Source: Blasia pusilla (Eukaryota). Taken from it: a stretch of DNA of 64,000 nt. The DNA lies in contig CM114271.1 of NCBI GenBank assembly GCA_050084515.1, positions 17,484,001-17,548,000 on the forward strand, in the 5' to 3' direction. The translations under genes were made by a program, and so were the position numbers. This document shows, piece by piece, positions 1 through 14,280 of this stretch; the first letter of the stretch is position 1, and each line of letters starts with the position of its first letter. The notes beneath the pieces are model-generated. The model saw only the letters and a list, made by a program, of their open reading frames with translations. It did not search any database and was not told the DNA's origin.

Positions 1-315
1 CCCTAACTATCATGACTCACATCTCTAGATCACTAAGAGCAAAAATATCATGTGCTTATGTAATCCCATCATTAGTCGCCTTCTTATCACCCATATCAAA
101 GACATAAGTCTAGATCTTTGACTACCTATGGTAAAGATCGGCGCTCCGTCAAAGGTAAAGGTCCTAAAAATCCAAACTCTACGTATAACCTAAATCCATG
201 ATTGACAACACATGCAACTGTGGAGTCAGAGTATTAAAGTATGTCCGGACCCGATCACATACCATATACCTAGCAACAAATTTTTCCCTTTAGTTTTCAT
301 GCATTGCCATTGATA

Positions 316-3069
316 TTATATATGGAGCAAGTTGTACGTCCGCAACAATAGAGCCCACCTTGCAAGCTTCCCTATAAGCTTGCTAGACTCCATCAACCAA
401 TTAAGTGGTTGATGGAGATCCCCATAAAAAATGTTTCTATCATGTCTGGATATCCCTGACTCGTGCATAAAAGTGGAACATTCTCTATTGATGTGAGTTT
501 TAGTACATCGTTTTTCCAAAGCCTTGATCCAAAAATTTTGACCATCCCCTCGCAAATGAATGAATAATCGATCGTCAAAAAAAGTGTCCATGAGATCGTG
601 CATACGACCCAACATTCACCGCTGGTCATATCCATGACCACACTTGATGCACACTTGCCATCACTTATGCTTGAATCGCCTAATAATGGGACGTTCTCCA
701 AAATGTAGGACTAGAATATATATATATATATATATAGGTAGGTAGGTAGTCTACACGTGTCAAAGAACTCGTAACATCTTGTAAAACATAGTTAACCTTG
801 GGTTCTGAAGACCCTCTATTGGCTAAACAAATTGACCTTAACATGATCATTGCCATTTCCAAATAAATCATATCAATGTTATCCAGATTCTCCATCCCCA
901 AAAAAAAAAAAAAAAAAAAATACATTATGATATCCCTTAACAATAGAAATTGAAAATAAATGAGGATACTATTGGAGTAGTCTTGACACATGGTGAAATG
1001 AGACTCTTTGTGCAATCTTATCTCCCTCAACGTACAAGTATTTTTGTAATCCCAATTCGACCTACAACAATATAGCCAATGTAGAACTAATCCCTCTAAA
1101 GAGATCTAGTACACGAACATCCTCCTCGGGATATTTCCACTTGATCCATGCAATGTCCTAGGCTATCATTGTCTCCACTCCTAGAGCATGTGGTACCTCT
1201 AATTGATCTCGCTCTAGAGCATAGGCTCGGTTGCAATCCTGCCTCACGAGCTTGTCTACGCTCCTCCGTAAGTTGATACTCGTCCCCCATAATATTAAAG
1301 AATTATTGCCAATAGGTGAAGTCACACTTGTCATTGCATGCCACCCCTTGAGACTAACCTCAACAAGAGTATCCTCTACATTGAGGAGTAATAAGAAGAG
1401 AGGAGGGAGCAGAGAGGAAGATATTTGCAACTCCTAGGGCTCTATTGGTTTGAAGAGAGTTTTTGTCAAGTTGGAGGGAGGAAAATTTTGACGAGCACCC
1501 ATAGCAAGTTTTTTTTTTTGGTGGTGAAAAAAATGCAAAATTTTCACCTTTTCAATGTAGCGGAATCCAACGGGTTGCTTTTTAGGAGACAAAGGGACCC
1601 ATCTAATTTCGAAGGGTTTCTTTTTAGGTATCAAAGCAACCCATTGGATTCTGACAAGTAGCTTTTTGTGCATCAAAGAAAACATTTTTTTTTAAAATTA
1701 CATTAAAAAAAAACCCAACCCATGCTCCCCCTCTTCCCTCCAAAATTTTTTTTTTTGCAACCCATCAAAAATCTGATGGATTGCACCAAGTAACCTCTCT
1801 TCAAAAAAATCCCCAAAAAAATCACTCACTTCTTATCCATAATCTTCATGTTTTTTGATTTTTTTTCCTTTTTTTAAGAGAGATTCTCCTCTCTTCCTCT
1901 CTTTCTGCCAAAATAGCATCCCTCCTCTGATGGAGATTCCCCTCTAGTTAATCTCCACAATAAGCTACTATTTTTGTTGTCAACTCTCACAGTGAATCGT
2001 CAAGTCTACCATCATGTTGCACGAGTAGCTTATTGGCTTGTCCCTCATCTAACTGTCAGCATAGTCGATAGGAGGTTGCCTCCTCCCAAAAGTCCAGTGT
2101 GAAACCTAGGGGTGGTTACCCCTACCAAAACATCATAAGACTTGACCGATATTACCATCACTCATATTTGTACCATTGCACTATCTATAGGATGGAGGGG
2201 CTAAATTCTCACTACAATCTTCTCATGCGTCATATACTATGTCAGGGAAGTGTCTCCCAATAATATTTGAATTTTGAAAGGATATGGTGTAATCTCACAC
2301 TTCTACAACCTTATCACTACTGATCTCACCTTCCCCAATATCAAGAATTGTGCTTCTGAATCAAGTAGCACTCGTTCCAATCTAGACTCCAATCTAGATG
2401 GACCAACCACTTGGAATATCCGAGCTTGGTTGTCCAAGATGACAACTCCTAGTGAGACGCCAACACGATCTCTTTTTGGTCTAGCTAGAAACTCTACCAC
2501 TCTAGCCATTGATGCATGGCAACTCTTTGTTGACCTCCTTATGAGATGTCACACATGTACCTACTCCAAGGATTCATCTACAACATCTCTTGTGCATACC
2601 TCTGCACAAGATCAACCAACACTATTTGTCTCACAGAGGGTTGCCCCAACCTCAAAATCTCAGTTTGTCAAACTCAATATATCACAAAATCCTTGGCTTA
2701 AAATAGTGGAAGTTTGCTGAAAGTCATCATCACCTCTAACAATGTGCTAGTACTAGGTTATGTTGAATGTTGTGTAGGCATGGTAGACATACTCGTCTTA
2801 TCCGCTCCTCTCAATATATGCATTGTGACAACAACCTCAGACAAAACCACTTTGCAATGGGCTTGTAGGGACTATAGTCAGGGTTCAAAGAGCTTCTTCG
2901 AAAGTAAATGATTGAGGAAGCCTAACCTACTGTCCTTGTTGGAGATCCAACTCCAAATTTTTCGTTGTGGCCCAAAATCCCCCATCGCATCTCTCATAAC
3001 CAATACATCTACATCCACTTGTATGGTATTGTAGATAAATCCCATGCTTCATAGATCTCTTGCCATATC
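316..3069 (-). mobile_element. Decayed copy of the methyltransferase-carrying Gypsy-type retrotransposon family (protease, DNMT and RNase H remnants)
   Basis: Minus-strand remnants match the intact-layout element at 27-36 kb: protease RVLLDSEAQFLILGK (in ORF 2303-2509), DNMT motif I DVRVLDLFRGIS (1086-1121), motif VI ENVPLLGD (~678-701), RNase H end HQPLNWLMESSKLIGKLARWALLL (~330-410). RT appears deleted. Confidence 0.8.
716..735. repeat. (TA)n microsatellite
   Basis: Direct reading of the TA dinucleotide run. Confidence 0.9.
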
Positions 3070-4700
3070 TGTCACGACACTCATAACCAAAAGCGGAACA
3101 TCTGAACTCTAGCGGGCTCATGCTAGGATGGTTTGCGCTTTGGAGTTAGAGAAAAATAAGTGCGAGACGTAAGCAAGGCGAGCATTTCAAGTGTTTCATG
3201 TGTTTATGTTTGCAACCAAGGAAAATGGAACCAAACGCGAAACCCAGACTTAAGAGAAGTAGAGTCTTGGAAGGACATGGCCAAGGGGTGAGAACCTGAC
3301 TTGGGACGCGGCTAGCATTTGGAGTTTTTGACTGTACTTTTAACCACAAATTTTAGTCCCAATATGCATTTGTATAAGTAAGATGGCGTTGGAAAGCTTA
3401 TGTGGAGCCGGTTCCAACGCACCAAAGATCTTGGCAAACGCTTAAGCAGAGGCTGAGATGTGAGCCAAAACCTAATGTATATGGAGTCGGTTGAGGGCCA
3501 AAAAGAGGGGCATGGGTGCCCTTTCCCAAAGGTAGGGGGACCCCGGGGATTTCCATAAGTACTAGTAAGGGAGAAGGTCTCCAAGGGTGCTTGGGACTCA
3601 AACCCCAATTTGGGCGCCACGGGACGACTCAAAGGCACGGAATGGATCTGGAGTTTTGGCGTTGGGATTCAAAACCCAAGCTAAGTCCAATAGAGTAGAT
3701 TTTGGAGGTCCCTATTGGATTCCAATTTTTGATTCATATTTTTGGGTCTCGTTGGGGGGCTCATGCGAGGTCTATTGGACAGTTGGAACCGCTAGGTACG
3801 CAAAGGCCGTTTTAGCTGCCTAGACTAACCAGAAAGTCTGTCCCAAGTCTCAAAAGACTTGCTTGTATTGGGAACCTAGGAATGAGGAAAGGTTGAGCTT
3901 GATGAGGTGCCAAGTCGAGGACTCGGTGGGCTGGAAGGCCGCTTGAACCAAACTAGACTAACGTTGGCGCGTTTGGGTGTAGGTTGGTGATGAGAGTGTG
4001 TCCTTATGAACATACGCTTCCGCATCACTAAGATTGACGTTCCAAGGGAGAAGGCGCACAACATGTAGTATCAAAGCTAATCCTTGGTGAGCGAGAACTT
4101 GGGGGCTTCGGAGCAAGCGGATTCTTGGAGAAGACCCAAGATAGCGGCGAGGCCCAAATGCTCGGGGAGGGACGCAAGAAACAAGGAGGAGATTTGAGTA
4201 AGGTGGCTTGAAGATGGAAACCAAGGGAGATGAACCACAGAAATTCCGAACAAAGCAAGGTGAACTGAGAGATGAACCGATGCCAGATTGAGAGCCGGTG
4301 GAGGAGACTCCGACTTGCGAGGTGCCAAATGCCACGCATGAGGCTGTCCCAAACACAGACCCTCCCACGGGGCCAACGGCTCCAAACTCGAGTGAACCGG
4401 CATTCTATGCCCAAATGATGGACTATATGAAGCTAATGACCAAGCCATTGTTCCAGCAAAGCAAGCAGATTGCAAAGCTTGAGTCAGACCGAGCTTCGAG
4501 TTTCGGAAAAAAGCTCTGCAAGCTGAACCTACCCACACCATTCACTGGAATGGGTCGTTCTCAAAAGTTGAAGGATTTCCTTACGGAGCACGAACTATAC
4601 TTTGAGGCGTAAAGGACAGCGGAGCAGGATAAGGTGACAGTGGGAGTCACCTTCCTAAAGGATCATGTACTATAGTGGTGGACAACTCAGTGAGAAGAAC
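3070..4700 (+). mobile_element. Truncated Ty3/Gypsy element: 5' LTR, tRNA-iMet-type PBS and gag fragment, nested in the decayed DNMT element
   Basis: TGTCACG at 3070 ... CACAACA ending 4063; PBS-like TAGTATCAAAGC at 4066-4077; gag-like LPTPFTGMGRSQKLKDFLTEHELYFEA*RTAEQDKVTVGVTFLKDHVL*WW (Retrotrans_gag-like, with stops). The LTR start is inferred because no second LTR is present. Confidence 0.65.
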
Positions 4701-4882
4701 ATATGATTCACCACGGAGTACCAAGCGCTTTGCGATATGGTAGAGCTTGCGCGACTACGGCAGACCGGGTCCCATATGCGTCTCGCAACCTCTCCCCCAC
4801 TCTCCGCTGAAATTTGATCATAAATCTGCTTCAACTTGTCGGTCCTCACCCCCTGGTGTTTCCTCCCAACTCTTGGGAGAAA

Positions 4883-5101
4883 TCAAGAGTTGGGAGGAAA
4901 CACCGCACTATAGATAGTGGCCGCCACTATGCCCATAACAGTACTCACCATATCATACATCACATGCCCAGCAAGGGACACATATCTTGGAGACCAATAT
5001 AGTCTCCATCCCTCAATCTCCTCCTCATGGAGAATCCAAAACTCGTGATAGTCATCTATGGGAGGGCCCTCCATGTGTTGAAATATTTTCTTCCATGCCA
5101 T
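4883..5101 (-). pseudogene. gag remnant of the DNMT-Gypsy family
   Basis: MAWKKIFQHMEGPPIDDYHEFWILHEEEIEGWRLYWSPRYVSL aligns by eye with LAWKGLFQHLEGPPMDDYREFRKDHVAEIEAWRQYWSPGYVSI of ORF 29015-29788. Confidence 0.85.
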
Positions 5102-6740
5102 AGGTTTCCTTCCCTTCCTTAGGTTTTAAATATGGGAAATTGCGCTTGTGTTGTTGCTATGGGGCATGAGTCCATGTCTTGGTCATACCAACCTAACCAA
5201 TTTGTCATGCATAAGTTGTTCTTAAGAACAAATGTGTGTGCTTGGGAGTGGCATGATCCGATAAAATAAAACCTTGTACATGCATTGTATGCTCTACGCT
5301 GGTTATGCTAGCAAGAATTTTGTTTTAAAAAAAATTGCATGAACATTTAGGGTCCTTTTTTCTGTGGTTCCCCAATATATTTAAGCATATACAAACATCC
5401 CCATATGTTTGCATTGTACTCCAAGTAGTACTATATTGAACGACGTGCCAACTCCACAAGGCCATGTTTGTGAAGCATGATGTGTACATCCCCACGCATC
5501 TAGACACAAAGTTGCATCTTCTTGCTATGGATGTGATGACTCGGTCATTCAAGGGGCCAACACAAGATGTTCAAGTGCTCAACCATAATCTTGAGGGGAG
5601 GTGGTGGTAGCAAGGGCATGGATTGGAGAACCAACTTTAGGGTCTCACGGACAAATTCAAAATATTCACACATATCATACTCAAAGGATGGCCTTGCATC
5701 GGCTCATATGTTGGAAGATATATTTCCAATACATACTTGGGTATCCATGCATACTTACAATTGATCGCACAAGTATGCACTTGCATGTAGATACTTACTC
5801 TGCCTCATACCAAAAAATCAGTAGAAGACCAAGGCTTCTTTGATGACTAGTACTTATGTTGGACCCACATGGTCTCGGTCGCATCATCCATATGTGGCGA
5901 CGTTGGTATTAACCTCACATATGTGCTCAAGCCTCTCCACATGACAACGAAACCATGGCACACGCACGATAGTTGCAAATGCACTTGAAAGAGACTTGCA
6001 ATCTTCTCAAAGTAGACTAGTAGGATACTCCCAGTGGACTCGAAAAATATACACACCATCACTTACCTTCAACCCCCTTCCCACTCCCCTCACGCCCCTC
6101 TATTTGAACCTTATTTAATTTTTGTGTTTTGACCCCAAGCTTGAGACCTCAAGATTATGCCAATAGTGCCTTTCTAGGAATTTGAAAATTAAAATTTGGA
6201 ATTCTAATTTATTTCTAGAGCATAAAAAAAATGACCCAATATTGAAGAAATTCTACAATGATCTTGTTGGATCAAAATGTGATAGAGATTTCATAAGGTT
6301 TTTGATATTGTCAAAATTGAGCTTTTTGTGAAGAAAGGGATGACACGATTTCTTGATGTTGCCTACTTTGGCACCTGATTTGTTAATTAAAAAACCCCCA
6401 AAAATTTCATTGAAGATAAAATCCTTGAAAAGAAAAGCGCCCGAAGGGATTCTTCACAATCTTCAAAGATCTGTTACCATGTAGAAATCACTAACTTTGC
6501 TAGACCTACACTCTCGTACATACACATACAAAGGAGAGATAACTTGCATAAACAAGAAGAGTGAAAATGTTCATAAAGAGAATTAGAGAGCCACTTTCCT
6601 ATCCCTCCATATGAAAGTGGGGATAGGAAGTGTTGAATCTAGAGTCCACATAAAAAGATTCATTTTGATGTTGATCTATGTACATATGTCACATAAAATT
6701 TCAAAAGTAAATTTAAATATCATTCATCTATCATTCTAAA

Positions 6741-6917
6741 TCTATATTATTAACAGAGGAGCATTTTCCTGATGGAGACACGGGAGAATTCACCACGTGT
6801 CGTGGCAAGGGGAGGGGGTACGGTGAGGGCTAGGGGGAGGGGGGCATTAAAGTACAAGGGCTTTAGGAACCATGGAGTGGACTGTGCGATGCACGGTCCC
6901 TCACGGGTTCTAACTAG
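6741..6917 (+). mobile_element. Miniature non-autonomous Helitron
   Basis: 5' TCTATATTATTAA after an A; 3' hairpin GGACTGTGC-GAT-GCACGGTCC followed by CTAG (6914-6917) and then T, i.e. an A|T insertion site. Confidence 0.65.
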
Positions 6918-8467
6918 TATCCTTATATTAGACATGATTTACTTTGAGCTTTGGCACATATCAAAAGGTGAATGATTAGGGAAATGAAAGAGATTGAATG
7001 ACCGTGTGCTCTCTAAAGAAGGGAGGTACATAATCACATAATCGAAGGGATCTCTCTTAATGAAAATGGATGGATCCTCCCAATGTTCCATTCATTCCTC
7101 CTCCCATCCAACCCTTGCACAACATTTTAAAAATAAATAAGTTCATAAGGCTATCTGGAATGAAAGAGTGTCCTAAGGGAAAAAAAATTGTTTTGGGGGT
7201 TGATTTTGACAAAATCAACCCCCTAAATTTATGATCGAATCGCCCCCTCATGTGTTTAATATGTACACGTGACTTGCCCCCACCTTCACAACACGTCACC
7301 ACTCTTACTTGCATATCACAACGAAAATGAGGTTGCATAGATTCATTTTGGGTCTTTGGAGTTATCTGCACATAAACTCATGGCTCTTGTATATTTTTTC
7401 TTTCAACTATACGTTCGTGGATGAGTTTATGCGTTCGAAGACACTCGCTTCGCTCGACGAGGTGAACCAAAAACCCCTACAGACTTAGGAAGGTTCCAAA
7501 CTCCCTCCATGGAATGTGACTTGCAACACCCGGTTACTACGGGATCAAATGAGTCACGGGCTTGAAGTGGCGATCTAATGAAATGAAAAATTTGGAGGCA
7601 ATCGTGTAGCACAGTTCATAATGGGGGTGACTAATTCACCTCATGACGACGGGAAGTAATTTATCTATACCCCGTTCTCCGTGTTGACATGTAGGCTTTT
7701 AAGCTTTTCGTGTTGACACGTGTACAAGAATATTTAATTAAGGGCTAGCAAGAAGAAGTAAAACGGGGAGTAATATCACGACTCATCGGGCCAGGCGCCC
7801 GATGTAATGTCCAGCGATTAGTTGGTCAACGTAGGGACGAGGGGAGTCATTGACGTCGGCGGTAACGGTAGTCTAGTCAGTGAGGGGTGAGGGTCGTCAG
7901 CATCGGGTTCCGTGCGGAGCTTTGGATCAAGAGAGTCGACGTAAATGATGATTGGTTGGGGTCTGTTAACTCTGCTCGTTTGAACTTTGAAGGTGGGTAG
8001 GTAGTTCACGGACTCAGGAGTAGTCCTTCCGAACTTGTCTACTCATCGGCGGGCGGGAAATAAAATTTCTTGGCTGCCCGTTTCGGCGAGAATGACGGGT
8101 CCGGTCTTTGAGGATCGTGTACCGGATCCACGCGTGCAGTCACTCATCAATAGTGCTCATGTCAGACAGGGAGTTGCGTAGGTGGTGGTGGGACTGGTGG
8201 CTCAAGTAAAAACGGAATTTCGGGTGGTTTTCGCGAGGGAGACGACCGGTTACACCAGTCGGTGATTAACTGCCACCGTGACGACCGGGGCAGGCAAAAC
8301 CACCCAACCCGGTGCCCACATTATTGCCACCAGCCTACGTGGTCGGATGAACGTGGAGTGACGTAACGGCTCATTTATAGGGGCAATCTGTGAATATTGG
8401 CGACGGGATTTTGTGACGGGAAATGTATATGACTATAGGAGAGTGTTGATTTAATAATAATTAAGAT

Positions 8468-9601
8468 ATGTCCCAATTCTTCTTCCTCTTGTTACACGAG
8501 CAGTTCTATCATTTATCAATCAATTGATTACGGAAGAATTCGATCGACTTCAAGAGCATATATTCGAGAATTTGTATCAAATCAATTTTCCAACATTCTC
8601 TCTGAAACATTCTCTAACACGCTCATCGAACTCATCTGCGTTCATGTGTGGTATAGAAGTCGGGGTGTGGCTTACTTCAAATCCTCTTCTTATTTTATTT
8701 CGTCTTCTTCGAAGTATATTCTCAACAACTTTGTGGTTGCGTTTTGAACTTTCCCATCCCTGTATGTTAGGTGTGTCGAATTGTGTTTGCGGGGACCCCA
8801 TTTATGTAAAGCGTATGCATATTCTCCAATGTGCACATTGTGGAGAATGAACGGCCACACGTGATGTCATTAGAGAGGCGCTACCATCGGTAGCTCGTAC
8901 TGCAAGGTACACCGTTGGGCAAGAAAACCTCCATATTCTTACCTTCAACTACACAAAAAACCTCTCGTCCGAGAGTTGATCTTGTTATGTCTCGGGGTGG
9001 TTTCTAAACACTATGTGGTGTGGTAGTTGCTGATCCAACACATTCTGACTTGGTGTGTCGAGCCGCACATACCAAATGTTCAACGGTCGAAGGAGTAGCA
9101 AGCATCAAGGAGTTAAGTTATGTAATGAGACATGCAATTGATGGATTTATTCCTTTTGCAGTGGAATTATTCGGTCCTTTACATGTGTCTTTTGATACTT
9201 TCCTAAAAACATTTGCTCATCACTCTCTCAAGAATTATCACCTTGCCCCTTCATGTAGTCCTTCTCTCTCTGTAGTTACTACTTACTTTCGGCAATGCAT
9301 CTCAGTGGCCTCACAACGTGCATAAGGCTTGGCATTAATACGTCGTGCGAAAGTGGTGAAGGGTTGCCCGCCTCGTCGTCCAGTCACGTCTTACCAATCA
9401 CTAGTATTATTGTCAGATTTGTTTCAGGCTATTAATGGTGTAGCTCGTTGAGTTGGTGTTTGTGTTGGCTACTTACCATTTTCTTTTTGCTTTCCATTAT
9501 GCATTTTTTGACTCTCCTTTGAGATGTTATTACCTCTCTTTGTCCTCTTTTGAGGTTTGTTATTATATTAAAGTGAACATCTTCCTTTTAAAAAAAAAAA
9601 A
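8468..9601 (+). mobile_element. 5'-truncated CRE-like non-LTR retrotransposon (zinc knuckle + restriction-like endonuclease, poly(A) tail)
   Basis: Translation shows CVCGDP...HILQCAH, RPRVDLV...VVVADPT...K...FIPFAVELFG...YFRQCISVASQRA; A-run at ~9589-9601; homologous to 50250-51000 (-). Confidence 0.75.
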
Positions 9602-9952
9602 CTCTTCTCGACACTTTCAATGAATAAAAAAATTTATTTCAAAATTTATTTAACATGAAATTTGAGATTTTGAAAATAAGTATTAGAGATTATTCAAATC
9701 CATGTACAACGTCGGTTTAGGTGTTTGGACTATGCAGAAAGTTTGTCCAAAGTCTAAGAAGTTGTTATTCTGTAGGGCTTGCACTACTATTTATAAGTTT
9801 AAAAATATGTGTTATTCTTATTTTTCCGTATTTTGAATTTAAAACGTTAAGATTTATAAACGGGGACTTTCAATTTTTTTGAAACCATTTAATTATAAAA
9901 TTTTAATTTAATAAGTTTTTCAATTATCTTATTTTCATGTTTTTATATATAT

Positions 9953-9955
<3 letters not shown>

Positions 9956-10018
<63 letters not shown>
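9956..10018. repeat. (AT)n microsatellite
   Basis: About 30 uninterrupted AT units. Confidence 0.95.
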
Positions 10019-10022
<4 letters not shown>

Positions 10023-11673
10023 CTGAAAAATATCTCAAGTATCTTTCTTGCATGAATAGGAAATTTGAAAAAATCAAGCCTTAAACTACCTTTAGAGTGC
10101 TACCTTTTATCCACTTCCCTTTTTTAAATCAAAATTCAGTTATCTTAATATGTTTTAATGTCAATCCTCTTCAAGAACTAATGTTATCTCTATGTTTAAA
10201 AACAAATCTCCATAGTAAAATTTAGTAATCATTTTGTTCTAAAATAATAAAAATTTGAACAAGAAAAGATAAATTTTAGGAGTTTGTCAGGAGGGCCAAA
10301 AAAAATCAAGAAGTTAGGATAAAAGCTCCTTAAAAAATAATTATCTTATTGTTCACTTTTTCCTTTCTTTTTTCCCCAAATGTCGGAAGGATTCTATGTG
10401 ACCTCAACTATAAGGATCAAAAACTAAGCTCACTATGAGAGCGCTCCATCGTTTGCACAAACACTTCCTCTTTTGTCGCTTGCTTTTTTCACACATTTTG
10501 CATTCTTGATCATTGATGCTTTGTGTGGTGTCATGTTGTTTTTGCCCACTTTGTGTTCTAGTTCACATCAGTTCCTAAAAATCACGCTTATAAGTTGTTT
10601 AGGAGAAAATGCTCGTCCATGCCTTTCATTGAGAAACCCATACATGAATGGGAAACTTAGAAGACCAAGCAAAATGAAGAAGCACAAGTTTTTTTAACTC
10701 ATAGCAATAGATTTTTAAAGTGCATCATTTTAATGACTCTAATCTATAATCTTGTCATCTATTCATCCAAGGTATAATTTTGTAAAAAAATCAATTGTGG
10801 GGTTGAGTTTTTCTCAACTTCCTTTGCAAGTGCTATTATACTTATGAAAAGATCCATCTTTCTTTCAAATCAACCAAAATCGCTCCTTATGAAAATTGAT
10901 ATGCAATGTGGATGAATGATTGAATAAACCACATTGGGGTTTTTTTCTCTCTTCTAAGCAATTTTGGCTTCGACTTCATTATACTTACGATGGAATTTTT
11001 TGCAATTGTAGTTTACCAAAGGAGGATAGGCATAAGAAGGAGTCACCATTAACTAAAATTGAAATAATTTTGTAATGGGATATATTGGTTGGAGTGCCAT
11101 ATCTCATAGCTAGCCTAGGGTATAATTAGATGCATTAGATGAGTAACGAGCTTGAGTGGTAAGAAAATTTTTGAAGCGAGAAGTTTTGAGCGTAAGAGTT
11201 TTGCATCAAGTATAAAAATTATTTGTACATTCAATGTCTTAGGGCCCGATTCCATGGGCCACGGGCTTGGGGTCGCGCGCAACCCCAAGACCCCAAGATC
11301 CGGCGAAAGGCAACCAACGCAAAGCCGAAACATGCGGCTTTGTGCCAGTTGCTGGAAGATGACCCACTAACCAAAAAACATGATTTTGATTACGGAATTA
11401 GCAACATAACTTCCCGCCCTTCCCCTAACCTTCAGAACTAAAATTCCCTCATTTTTTTCCCACCAGGATCTCCCCCAACTTTTCCAACCGAAATTCCCCC
11501 TTTGCCCTTCCTCACCCTCTCCTACAAGGCCATAAATATGGGCTCTTCTCCACTTTATTTTAGCTAGCTTCCTTGTAGTCATTGCTTCCTCTCACTCTTC
11601 ATTTAGTTTTAGTTTTATTTTTATTTTTATCTATTTTCTCCCCTATCTCTGTATTTCTATTATTTTTTTAATC

Positions 11674-12930
11674 ATGAATGCCTTAGATTTTGAGAGTAGT
11701 GATGATTCGATGTTGATGTTCTTGTTATCAATGTATTCTTTTCTATTAAGTCAAATTGTTTCTCTTTGTCGTCTTCCTCTTCTTCAAGCTAGACGTAGGA
11801 GCTCCCTCCATCGTTCTCGTGCTCTCTTGTATCTCCAATTCATGTTGAATGATAGTGCAGGTACCATGCCACGTTACATGTACTCTCCTTGGTATATCTT
11901 ACCACGATCCATTGCATTTACATGTCTTTTCATTGATGAGAGTGTCGTAAGAAGAGACCATCCACAGCACTTTAGAGATTTCTTTCGTGTTAGTGTGAGC
12001 ACATTTGACTTCCTTTGTGCAATGTTAAGGACTTGATTGACTACTAATCCTCCTCATGCCTTACAAGTTCTACCAAATAGGTTGTTGAGTGCTAAGAGAC
12101 AGGTCGCTATCACACTAAGACGTCTTGCCACAGAGGATCAAATGAAAGGGATTGGAGAGCTCTTTGGTATCCGCCAATCTACAACTGTGAAGGTTTTCAA
12201 CCGAGTGATTAATGCACTTGTGGAGGTGGCTCATGGGGCAGTGACTTGGCTAAGAGGACAACAAATGGATAGGGTGAGATTCGATTTCAAAGCACAACAT
12301 GGATTTTTAAATTGTTGCGGTACAATCGATGTTAATCACTTTCTCATTGAACTATCAAGAGGTGCAAATTCCACATTATGGTATAGTCACAAAATTAAAT
12401 CTTATGCATGTGCAATGCAAGCTATTGTTGATTCCACGCTCCAATTTTTTGATGTCTTCATCGGATATCCCACTTCTAGTCATGATACTTGCATTCTTTG
12501 AAACTCCCAATTCTACAAAAATGCCACTTCTTACGAAAGAGTCCTAGGTGGACTTTCACTTCCTCTAAGAAGTGGTGAGAGAATTCGAGTGTATATTATT
12601 GGTGATGCAAGATATCCACTCTTATCGTGGCTCATAGTTTCTTATCCTGGAGCATCCATCGGACAAAAGTATGTATGGAACTATTACCATTCTTCTATGA
12701 GGATGTGTGCAGAGAGAGCTTTTGGTTGACTAAACTCAACCGAGTCATTTACAAGCCCAACTTATGATAGATATGGATGATCCTATTATCGATGGTCTCA
12801 TAGATCACTCCTCCTTGGGAGGGATGCATGCTGCACGAGGTGGTAATTTTCCTCCAAACAATAAAGTAACACATGATGGAAAGAGAAATCGCGATGCTCT
12901 TTTCGAGCATGTCATGGGTGCAACTCCATA
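11674..12930 (+). pseudogene. Harbinger DDE transposase (HARBI1/ALP1-like, DDE_Tnp_4), with premature stops
   Basis: FRDFFRVSVSTFDFLC, QVAITLRRLA...IGELFGIRQST, GFLNCCGTIDVNH, MQAIVDSTLQFFDVFIGYPTSSHD, YIIGDARYP, NYYHSSMRMCAERAFG. Confidence 0.88.
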
Positions 12931-13089
12931 GTAATATCAATATTTCAATAAAGTTATATGATTACATATCTGCACCATAGTTTGTGACTTGTCTCACTAT
13001 CTCACAATCTTCCTTCAAAACTCCTACTAATGATAAGAGATAATGCTTTTGAGACCATTGTGAAAGCATATGCATTCTGTTGCATGACT

Positions 13090-14280
13090 TTTAATTCCAA
13101 GTTTTGCTACTTTGCATTCTATTGTAGGACTTGTAACTCCAATTTCCGCATCTCAAGGTCCTCTATCTGCCCACGATCTATAACATCAACCATGGAATCA
13201 GTGGATTGTTGGATAGCTTTGCCCAAAGAGCTCCTTTGTCGACGTTTACCTATAATCCCACTACCAAGGCTCCTTTTTTTCAACGTTTCCTCTTTACTTA
13301 CGTACAGAGGCGTTGCACGTCCTCGAGTCTGCATTAACACAATAAAAGTCATTACTTGAATTGATAACATCTCATTAATGTGAAAACATATATAAACATA
13401 TTAAAGGCGAAAGGCAAAAAAATAGGGCACCTTAAATATGAGGAGAGAATGGTGGTGGATTGGCAGACCTCTTCTGGACCCATTGGGGTCTCAAATGGCT
13501 CTTCCTCTATATTAGCAATCGATGAATTAGTAACGTTCTATATTTTCTTCACATGTAATGTTAAGTGCATGCAATGTTAAGCAATAAAGAAACATAAGCA
13601 ATGACATTGATATACTTGGAGTCACATGATCGATAGTGATGGGAGGAGTTTCTGTTCTATTTGAAGTTTCCTCCTCCACTAGGTATCCATAAGTACCTCT
13701 AAGGTCACTATTAAGATCAAGAAGAAGAGAATTATGAAAGCTTTGTACTCCCATGCTCTTTAGATCCACGTCTTGGCACTTAGGAAGCCAATCTACAAGA
13801 TCCTTATAGAACGTCTCTTCAAAGGTTGGAGGTAGACCTCGATCCTTTTGATCCTTTTTTAACATACGTGTATCAAACAAGGATAATTCCCCACTTGTGG
13901 CCTTGCATTCCCAATCATGAACCTGAAAATGACATGAGTATTAGATCTAAAAAATGAATTAAACCACATCATAATACATTATTTGTATGACAAAATTACC
14001 TTTTTGAAGTCTTTGACAAGAGCACTCCACTTCTTTTTGCATGTGTGGCCATCACGAATGGGTTGCATCATTCCTTTGTTGAAGCAATAATCGGTCATTT
14101 TTTTCCATTTTGTCTTTGCGCTGGCCATAGTAGATTGAGTAGTGTGATTTAGTTCTACTACTTCCATCTCATGTCATTTTGCCGCAATCAAAACTTTGAT
14201 CTCCGTAGGCGTCCATGTAATCAACTTGTCCTTCTGTTGTGGTACTTGCGAGTCAAGTATCACACAATCATCATCTACAA
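13090..14280 (-). pseudogene. Harbinger Myb/SANT-like DNA-binding protein (spliced, decayed)
   Basis: ITWTPTEIKVLIAAK...KWKKMTDYCFNKGMMQPIRDGHTCKKKWSALVKDFKKV, GT-AG intron near 13923-13999, then ...RGLPPTFEETFYKDL; convergent to the transposase as in many Harbingers. Confidence 0.8.

Noticed and set aside
7440-8445. CpG-rich block with repeated TGACG/GAGTC motifs, possible DNA transposon end or promoter
   Set aside because: No convincing TIR pair, TSD or associated ORF could be found by eye.
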